DNA from: an uncultured virus (IMG/VR IMGVR_UViG_3300030085_005071)
Lineage: Duplodnaviria; Heunggongvirae; Uroviricota; Caudoviricetes
DNA length: 64,000 bases
Strand: one strand, 5' to 3'
Virus record (IMG/VR): IMGVR_UViG_3300030085_005071
Coordinates: 1 to 64,000 of that record
Shown here: piece after piece, positions 57,895 to 64,000 of the stretch
Position numbering within the stretch: the first letter of the stretch is position 1
How the letters are laid out: every line of letters begins with the position of its first letter
Notes under the pieces: model-generated
Told to the model about the DNA's origin: nothing
What the model saw: only the letters and a program-made list of their open reading frames with translations
Databases searched by the model: none
Program-made: the position numbers and the translations under genes

Positions 57895-58290
57895 ATGTTT
57901 TTAACTGATTTTTTTGATGACAAATATTTTAATTCATACATTTCTGGTAACAATGCCAGACTTAAAACACAGACAAACACACCCTGTAATATCTATCAAT
58001 CAGAAGGTTCATACATTTTTGACTTATATTTACCCGGTTTTTCTCGCGATGACTTTGACATAAATATTGATAACAATATTTTATCCGTCAAAGGTACTTC
58101 TGACTTTGCAAAGAAAAACTACATCCATCAGGAACATGTCCAGGCTGCAAAATTTGAAAGATCCTTTTCTTTGCCGAAAAATGTCAATATTGATAATGTT
58201 GATGCCGACTATACTTCTGGTGTACTGTCAATATCAATTCCAAAATTTGAAGAAAGAAAGCCTCAGGCTAAAAAAATTACTGTTAAATAA
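57895..58290 (+). CDS. Hsp20 small heat-shock protein
   Basis: LPGFSRDD..I, FERSFSLP, ADYTSGVLSISIPK; GGAGGAG RBS before 57895. Confidence 0.92.
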   Translation: MFLTDFFDDKYFNSYISGNNARLKTQTNTPCNIYQSEGSYIFDLYLPGFSRDDFDINIDNNILSVKGTSDFAKKNYIHQEHVQAAKFERSFSLPKNVNIDNVDADYTSGVLSISIPKFEERKPQAKKITVK

Positions 58291-58308
58291 TTAGGTGATT
58301 TTATATTT

Positions 58309-58357
58309 TGTGTGCGTTTACATAGAAAATGTAACGCACACATTTTTATTGTATAAT
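58309..58357 (+). promoter_or_regulatory. hairpin carrying a class A promoter (ATGTAA-17-TATAAT) upstream of the sigma gene
   Basis: tgtgtgcgtttacat/atgtaacgcacaca plus T-run; 58329-34 and 58352-57. Confidence 0.7.
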
Positions 58358-58404
58358 ATATACATACAACTACTACAAACTATAAATTAAACATTGGAGA
58401 CTAC

Positions 58405-59175
58405 ATGGAAAGAACTGTTCTTGAAACATATTTTCGAGATATTAAAAATAAAACTAGTTTACTTACGCGTGAACAAGAAGTTGAATTAGCAAAGCGCATC
58501 GAAAAAGGTGACAAAAGAGCTAGAGATAAGATGATTGAATCGAATCTTCGGCTAGCAATATCAATAGCAAAGCAATACGCAAGGTACGGATCTACGCTAG
58601 AAGACTTAATTCAAGAATCTAATATTGGTCTCATGAAGGCTGTGGAAAAATTTGATTGGCGAAAAGGTTTTAAATTTTCAACTTATGCATCATGGTGGAT
58701 CAAACAGGCAGTGACTCGTAGTTTAACTTCGAACAGCACACTTCTTAAAGTTCCGTCCCATACTTTAGCAAATGCAAGAAAAATTTGGCAACTCAAGCAA
58801 GATTACATGGAAGAATTTGGCGTTGAACCTTCTATGGAAGAAATATGTGATGCCCTTGACATGACAGAAAAACATGTCAGATTAGCTATTTCATCGATTA
58901 GAAGTAAAAACATTGCTAGTATCGACCAGCAAATTGGTGAAGAAGGTGCAAGAACACTAGGGGATATTATTCCAGACAATTCATCAACAAACATCGAGCA
59001 GATACTAGATAATAAAATTATAAGACAGAAGATAATTAAAGCGCTTGGCTCTCTCTCAAAAAGAGAAGAACTAGTTCTTCGTTTGAGATTCGGTCTCGAT
59101 GAAGTACTAGAAGACGACAAAAACATTTACGATATCAACGAAAACAACGAAGGAGTTAACAATGGCAATGCCTAA
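58405..59175 (+). CDS. sigma70-family factor (regions 1.2-4.1) lacking the region 4.2 HTH
   Basis: LLTREQEVELAKRI, NLRLAISIAK, DLIQE.NIGLMKAVEKFD..KGFKFSTYASWWIKQ, LSKREELVLRLRFGL, then an acidic tail. Confidence 0.92.
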   Translation: MERTVLETYFRDIKNKTSLLTREQEVELAKRIEKGDKRARDKMIESNLRLAISIAKQYARYGSTLEDLIQESNIGLMKAVEKFDWRKGFKFSTYASWWIKQAVTRSLTSNSTLLKVPSHTLANARKIWQLKQDYMEEFGVEPSMEEICDALDMTEKHVRLAISSIRSKNIASIDQQIGEEGARTLGDIIPDNSSTNIEQILDNKIIRQKIIKALGSLSKREELVLRLRFGLDEVLEDDKNIYDINENNEGVNNGNA

Positions 59176-59455
59176 AGGATTTAAATCAGAAAACGGTTAT
59201 GGTACATCAAAACAATTTGACGGAGCAACTTATCATCAAATTGCTGATCAATTAAATGAGAAAGGTTATAAAATGAATCATTCCACAGCAAGAAATGTTT
59301 ATGTTAAAGCCCTTATGAAGATTGCATCTGAAGTTACTGATCTTTATGATGTAAGCATGGATCAGAAAAAACTTAAAAAGATCGCTATTAATCCTGAATT
59401 CCAAGAAACCATAAGGGACTTTATGGATGAGTTAGACAATGGTATCGGGAAATGA
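59162..59455 (+). CDS. HTH protein resembling sigma region 4.2
   Basis: DGATYHQIADQL....MNHSTARNVYVKALMKI; own AGGAG RBS. Confidence 0.6.
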   Translation: MAMPKGFKSENGYGTSKQFDGATYHQIADQLNEKGYKMNHSTARNVYVKALMKIASEVTDLYDVSMDQKKLKKIAINPEFQETIRDFMDELDNGIGK

Positions 59456-59721
59456 TAGATATATTTTCTATTATAGATGATCTTCGTTTTAGAACATCTT
59501 TACTAGAGAGTCTGGAGTGGGACGAAGATCTGCTCCAGACTTTTTTATTTTACTTTGATGACGCTCTTAAGTCCGACACCGATCCTCAATCTTTACTCTC
59601 AGACATTCAAAAATATTTTGGCAGAGGAACTCATGATATTATTGTCAAGCTTTTTAAAGAAGAAGCTTTAAATGTTGATGGATATTTAGATAATATTGAT
59701 GGAGAAAATGATGACTATTAG
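59452..59721 (+). CDS. hypothetical protein
   Basis: Coupled ORF. Confidence 0.6.
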   Translation: MIDIFSIIDDLRFRTSLLESLEWDEDLLQTFLFYFDDALKSDTDPQSLLSDIQKYFGRGTHDIIVKLFKEEALNVDGYLDNIDGENDDY

Positions 59722-60007
59722 TTTGAATATTATTTTAAAAAAGAATAAGATGTGCCTTGAAGACTTTATTAAGAAAAATAAATTAACTTCATATATATCT
59801 TTAGTAGAATATTGCCAAGGGCGCAGTTTTGTTCCTTGCAGTGAAGAAGATTTTAAAAAAGCGCTAGGCATCAAGGAAAAGGTTAATGTCATCAAGAAAA
59901 AACCTAGTAGGACAACTAGTAAAACACAAGAACCAAAAAAACGTAGGAATCGTCGTAAAAAGCAACAAGACACACCCAAATTACCTGACGGTTCTGACAA
60001 TGGGTAA
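59696..60007 (+). CDS. hypothetical protein with basic tail
   Basis: ORF; true start probably 59708 or 59711. Confidence 0.6.
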   Translation: MMEKMMTISLNIILKKNKMCLEDFIKKNKLTSYISLVEYCQGRSFVPCSEEDFKKALGIKEKVNVIKKKPSRTTSKTQEPKKRRNRRKKQQDTPKLPDGSDNG

Positions 60008-60069
60008 ATTGGAAGAATGGAGTATTTTTTCAATTGTTCTAGATAATTAGTATTAAAAAGGAGTTTATC

Positions 60070-60408
60070 ATGGCAACCAATTGGCCAAATTCAGGAATTA
60101 GTAATGTAGGTGAATTCCAAGTTTCTGGACACACACTACCCATAACCGGTTCGAGCGCAATTATTAAATTAAACTACGTAGCAAGTTCGATTACTGTAGC
60201 TGCTATCGATGGTGATAGAGCAGTTACTTTTTATGATGGTTCACATAACGCAGTGAATTTTACAGTACCTGTAGATACAACTGCAAAATTCAAAGGCAAG
60301 TTTCTAACTTTTAAAGTTCCAGCCAACGCGTCAGCATTAGTCGAACTAACTAATATTCCATCCGGATCGTACTCAGTGCCTACATTCACAGATTTGTTTT
60401 ACGAGTAA
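60070..60408 (+). CDS. small virion structural protein (putative)
   Basis: GISNVGEFQVSG.., ELTNIP; ATAATTA upstream. Confidence 0.55.
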   Translation: MATNWPNSGISNVGEFQVSGHTLPITGSSAIIKLNYVASSITVAAIDGDRAVTFYDGSHNAVNFTVPVDTTAKFKGKFLTFKVPANASALVELTNIPSGSYSVPTFTDLFYE

Positions 60409-60418
60409 GCCTCACTAA

Positions 60419-60631
60419 ATGAAGTATAAGGTAGGCGATTTAATCTATGTGCCTTCTTACGAGGCTAACGGTATAATAGTCAGTGCATATGTAATTAATG
60501 AAACACAAACTATAGATGATTTGTGGAATACAAAAATATTAGTTCAAGAAACTTTGTATAAAGTTCTAATTCAAGGTAAAATAGTAACACTTACAAATCC
60601 TTTAATTGAGAAAATACAGAGGTTAACATGA
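60419..60631 (+). CDS. small hypothetical protein
   Basis: YKVGDLI motif. Confidence 0.55.
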   Translation: MKYKVGDLIYVPSYEANGIIVSAYVINETQTIDDLWNTKILVQETLYKVLIQGKIVTLTNPLIEKIQRLT

Positions 60632-61221
60632 ATATGTTTGTATTAGATGAGCAGCCTTTAAAAGCTGCTGAATACCACTGCAACAAGCATGTGGTTAAGA
60701 TGATTCTAGAAGCAGGACAAATGTTGTGCGCAGCACACTGGATGAGCTGGCTTGATAAATTTGGAAAAACGCGATCAGACTTTAGATTAATGCGTGACGT
60801 CAAACAGTTTTTAAAAGATAATGTGCCACAAGATAAACAACCCCCTTGGGGTCTGACACACGTCAATCATCCTTGCACTATCTGGACCAGACAGTCGGCC
60901 GAAAACTATGGATGGCATATAGAGCTAATGAGGTGTTTGCTACGAGAATATAACTTGAGGTATGACAAGGTTCATAAGTCTACTGAAGTTTATTATTGGC
61001 TTGTACAAAATAGTCCTGTCAGTTTTCCTGTCAAAGGGAGAACCCCGTTTCCTATCTGCATGAAAGAAGAATATAAAGTTGGTGACGATCCTATACAAAG
61101 TTATCGAAAGTATTATATTAAAGATAAGGTCAGGTTTGCAAAGTGGGAGCCTAGAGCAAAAACCCCTGACTGGTTTTTACAAGGAGTAACTAATGAAAAT
61201 GAGCCAAGAAGACTTGAATAA
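60628..61221 (+). CDS. pyrimidine-dimer DNA glycosylase / DenV-superfamily protein
   Basis: MNMFVLD..P..AA..HCNKHVVKMILE..QML, HVNHPCTIW, YRKYY..DK. Confidence 0.8.
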   Translation: MNMFVLDEQPLKAAEYHCNKHVVKMILEAGQMLCAAHWMSWLDKFGKTRSDFRLMRDVKQFLKDNVPQDKQPPWGLTHVNHPCTIWTRQSAENYGWHIELMRCLLREYNLRYDKVHKSTEVYYWLVQNSPVSFPVKGRTPFPICMKEEYKVGDDPIQSYRKYYIKDKVRFAKWEPRAKTPDWFLQGVTNENEPRRLE

Positions 61222-61384
61222 AATGCTAGAAATTAGAAAATCACTAGTTTTGGAATTTGAAAATTTAAGAGACTATAAACAAAACCCGAATGCACTTATG
61301 AAAGAAGCCGATCATGCAGTTTTTATCGGTAAAACAATCAATAAAATAGACGAATTTTTAGGTAAGTACGTTCAATTTAGTTGA
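61193..61384 (+). CDS. small hypothetical protein
   Basis: AGGAG RBS. Confidence 0.6.
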   Translation: MKMSQEDLNKMLEIRKSLVLEFENLRDYKQNPNALMKEADHAVFIGKTINKIDEFLGKYVQFS

Positions 61385-61411
61385 TTAAATTGTTAAACTT
61401 TGATAACAAGT

Positions 61412-61453
61412 AAGCCTCCGCTATATAGTTAAATTATGTAGAGGAGGTTTTTT
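61412..61453 (+). promoter_or_regulatory. RBS-occluding hairpin with a class B motif in its loop
   Basis: aagcctcc 61412-19 / ggaggttt 61443-50; ATAGTTA 61425-31. Confidence 0.6.
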
Positions 61454-63037
61454 ATGTACTATTATTTTCTTGTCTTTCTTCTGTTTGCATGCAATGATTA
61501 TGCGATTAAAAACGAATTAAATATCGGCCCTGAATTAGTTGTTTATCCGGAAAATATTGATTTTGGTCACCTCAAGTCAGGAACTGAATCTGGTCAAGAG
61601 GTATTCGCGGTAATTAACGCTGGTGACGAAGACTTGGTTATAAGTCACCCAGCTCTTATTTCAAATACTGCTAGATTTAGTCTGGACCCAGATTTACAAG
61701 AAAATTATACAATCTTGCCCGGTGATACGCAAGAATTTAACATTTACTATACACCTGAGACATATGAAACAGGTGAAGCTATCATCAGCCTTGTATCAAA
61801 TGACGAGGATGAGAATCAGTACGAAATACCAGTGACAGGTTTTGGAGATGCCCCAGTTATATCTGTAACTCCGGAGACATTTGATTACGGGCAAATAAGT
61901 ATAGGTTGCGATAATGAAGAAAGAATTACTATTCGCAACGTAGGAAACCTAGAGTTGACTGTTGATAACATTACACAAATGGTGACGTCACCACCGGACA
62001 TCATCATGGAAATGGGATCTTTACCTCCACCACCATGGCATTTAGCGCCAGGACAAGAAGTTGATTTTCTCGTATCTTATATACCGATTGATATTAGCTA
62101 TGATGAAAGTGTAATTAGAGTAGAGAGTAACGATCCTATACTACCGCTAGTTGAAGTTGTGCAGTACGGAGAAGGAGACGTTGAACATTGGCATACACAA
62201 ACGCATGTCCAAGAAGAAATTGCACTTTTAGATGTACTTTTTGTGGTCGATAATTCTGGGTCAATGAATATATTTCAGCAAGAGTTAGGAAGTCAAATGA
62301 ATGCATTCATGAATGTATTTGACAGTTCGGGAGCAGATTATCATCTTGCTGTTATAACTACAGATGAAGCTCGATTTAGACAATACGATGGTTATACTTG
62401 GATCGATCAGACTCACAGAGATCCTGTTTTATGGATGCAGAATGTAATAGCTTCAATAGGTATTCACGGAAGTGGTTTTGAAAGAGGGATAGAGATGGCC
62501 AAGTACGCACTTGAAGATGACGCAGCACCCGGAAAAGACTACAATAGAGAAAACGCAACCATGGTCATTATATACGTATCAGATGAACCAGATCATTCGC
62601 AAGGAGGATTTACTTCGTACCTTAGTTTCTTTGACAATTTTAAAATCTCACCGAGCTTGATGCGTCAATTTGCTGTCATTGGCGATTATCCAACTGGGTG
62701 TCACTTTCCTTACTTGAATCGTTCTAGAAATATTACTTTTGGTGGCGGCTACTATGAGATGACCCAAAGATACAACGGAGACTGGTATTCAATATGCGCT
62801 GTAGATTGGGGGCAGCAAATGCAAAACTTAGCAAACACTGTCACAACGCAACGATCTTTTAATATAGATGAAAGTGATCCGATTGAATCAACAATAATAG
62901 TAACAGTTAATGGACAAGCTAGTAGTGATTGGGCATACGATTCAATTACAAATTCTGTCATATTTAATGAAGCAAGTATACCTGAACCAGGTCAGACAAT
63001 TATTATAGAGTATGCAGTGTGGGGCTGCGGGGGATGA
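61454..63037 (+). CDS. lipoprotein with two Ig-like (ASH/choice-of-anchor D-like) domains and a vWA domain
   Basis: Lipobox LFAC; P..IDFG..INAGDEDL repeats; MIDAS DVLFVVDNSGSM, AVITTD, YVSDEPD. Confidence 0.8.
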   Translation: MYYYFLVFLLFACNDYAIKNELNIGPELVVYPENIDFGHLKSGTESGQEVFAVINAGDEDLVISHPALISNTARFSLDPDLQENYTILPGDTQEFNIYYTPETYETGEAIISLVSNDEDENQYEIPVTGFGDAPVISVTPETFDYGQISIGCDNEERITIRNVGNLELTVDNITQMVTSPPDIIMEMGSLPPPPWHLAPGQEVDFLVSYIPIDISYDESVIRVESNDPILPLVEVVQYGEGDVEHWHTQTHVQEEIALLDVLFVVDNSGSMNIFQQELGSQMNAFMNVFDSSGADYHLAVITTDEARFRQYDGYTWIDQTHRDPVLWMQNVIASIGIHGSGFERGIEMAKYALEDDAAPGKDYNRENATMVIIYVSDEPDHSQGGFTSYLSFFDNFKISPSLMRQFAVIGDYPTGCHFPYLNRSRNITFGGGYYEMTQRYNGDWYSICAVDWGQQMQNLANTVTTQRSFNIDESDPIESTIIVTVNGQASSDWAYDSITNSVIFNEASIPEPGQTIIIEYAVWGCGG

Positions 63038-63537
63038 AGAAAGCTTGGCCGTTAACTGCTGCTTTATTCTTAGGATTCTTAATAGGTTTAACCATTAAGA
63101 ACGTTTACAATTTAACTGCAAGACAACCTAATCAATGGAAAGATAGACCGGTTATAGTTAACTGCGCTGGTGACGACATTAAAGAATCAACAATAAAAAG
63201 GGCAGTTAATTTTTGGCATGAAAAAGGTGAAGAAATATATTTTTATGAGTATAGATTTATTGAGAGTGTATGCAAAGATGTTAAATTAATGGACGGGTTT
63301 ATTATTATTACGACTTCAAAAAATGCTAAAAATAGTGATCTCACCTTAGCATCAACAACAAGATCAGCTAGGCTAGGCGTAGTTCAGTCAGCAATTATAG
63401 AATTCAAACCAGGTACACATAATTTTATTTTACTATTAGAGCATGAGCTAGGTCATGCCTTTGGCTACACACACCGAAAGATTCCTGGTCATATCATGCA
63501 CCCTTACTATGACATGATGGGGGATAAATTTTGGTAA
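63034..63537 (+). CDS. matrixin-like (metzincin) zinc metalloprotease, membrane-anchored
   Basis: N-terminal TM; HELGHAFGYTH plus Met-turn HIMHP. Confidence 0.85.
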   Translation: MKKAWPLTAALFLGFLIGLTIKNVYNLTARQPNQWKDRPVIVNCAGDDIKESTIKRAVNFWHEKGEEIYFYEYRFIESVCKDVKLMDGFIIITTSKNAKNSDLTLASTTRSARLGVVQSAIIEFKPGTHNFILLLEHELGHAFGYTHRKIPGHIMHPYYDMMGDKFW

Positions 63538-63540
63538 CAA

Positions 63541-64000
63541 TTAAAGACCCGAAGCAGTCTCAATTGACATTTGTCGATCTGATTGACCTGCTATAGCTGC
63601 AATTTGAGAATCAGTAAGTGCGACACCGTCGCCAATTTGTATTGAGTCTATTTGACCGGTGACTGATTTTGACCCAAACATCTTCCCAGTGCCAGATGCA
63701 AAACCACCCCAACCTAACGTCGGGTTTGAAAGTGGAGGGAGTATTTTAGTACCTTGGGGCGCAGTATTTTGGCCATTTTGCATTGTTATTTTGGAGCCAT
63801 TTACAAATAGATCTATGTTTAAAGCAGAACCGGTATCCTTGATCCGAATTGCAAAGTGATTCCAGGTGTTTATAAGCGTAACTGAAACACCGTTTTTAAA
63901 TTTAGTAATATTACTAGATCCATTATTATGAATAATTCGTGCAGTCATTGAGTTTGAACCAAGCCCCCAATCACAACCGAATCTTCTTGTTCCAGCGTTA
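63541..64000 (-). CDS. LamG/concanavalin-like domain protein, partial
   Basis: NTWNHFAI, LFVNG, GQIDSIQI..ALTDSQI; the frame is open to the window edge. Confidence 0.7.
   Translation of the reverse strand, partial: NAGTRRFGCDWGLGSNSMTARIIHNNGSSNITKFKNGVSVTLINTWNHFAIRIKDTGSALNIDLFVNGSKITMQNGQNTAPQGTKILPPLSNPTLGWGGFASGTGKMFGSKSVTGQIDSIQIGDGVALTDSQIAAIAGQSDRQMSIETASGL

Noticed and set aside
59100..59175. Programmed frameshift or pseudogene explaining the truncated sigma
   Set aside because: The downstream ORF has its own well-spaced AGGAG RBS, and no clear slippery site was seen. It is not fully excluded without reads.
1011..63859. Many short antisense or nested ORFs in the six-frame track
   Set aside because: They are shadows of long plus-strand genes, lacking RBSs and recognisable motifs.
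1..64000. Stop-codon reassignment, as in some huge phages
   Set aside because: Long conserved genes are intact in code 11, and TAA, TAG and TGA all end genes at expected positions.
1..64000. Eukaryotic giant virus origin (suggested by MBD4-like and zinc-less Nei genes)
   Set aside because: Shine-Dalgarno sites, operonic coupling, sigma70, DnaE, amidase endolysin and lipoprotein all indicate a bacteriophage.
1..64000. CRISPR array, tRNA/rRNA, integrase, transposase, reverse transcriptase
   Set aside because: No regularly spaced repeats, cloverleafs or matching protein motifs were seen. Intergenic spaces are short; tRNAscan was not run.

Overview
This 64 kb window is an AT-rich (about 35% GC by eye), gene-dense, almost single-strand segment of a large (jumbo/huge) tailed bacteriophage using the standard code. 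It has two 10-N assembly gaps and no recognisable tRNA, rRNA, CRISPR array or integrase. It encodes replication genes (DnaB-type helicase, DnaE, two 5'-3' exonucleases, class II RNR) and a large pyrimidine/nucleotide-sugar set (divergent ThyX, dNMP-kinase/thymidylate-synthase-fold fusion, two all-alpha dNTP pyrophosphatases, NDT-family hydrolase, Tdk, dCMP deaminase, APRT, two NDP-sugar epimerases). It also has three DNA glycosylases, chaperone/stress genes (GroEL, Hsp20, J-domain, ClpP, Dps, SOD, IscU), virion structural and lysis genes, and a sigma factor. A CglF/GltF-like protein and a vWA lipoprotein suggest a Myxococcota/Bdellovibrionota-type host. The best candidates for new biology are: (1) about 18 unrelated proteins sharing a basic amphipathic tag, M(K/R)(L/I)(T/S)R(R/K)QL..LI.E ending in L-x-E, mostly behind a putative late promoter, which looks like a capsid-targeting and protease-processed cargo system; (2) a sigma factor whose region 4.2 seems to be encoded by a separate overlapping gene, together with a TGTAA-17-TATAAT promoter class; (3) a probable pyrimidine-modification pathway, with palindromes enriched rather than avoided; (4) host gliding-machinery homologs. 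All calls come from reading motifs by eye; no searches were run.
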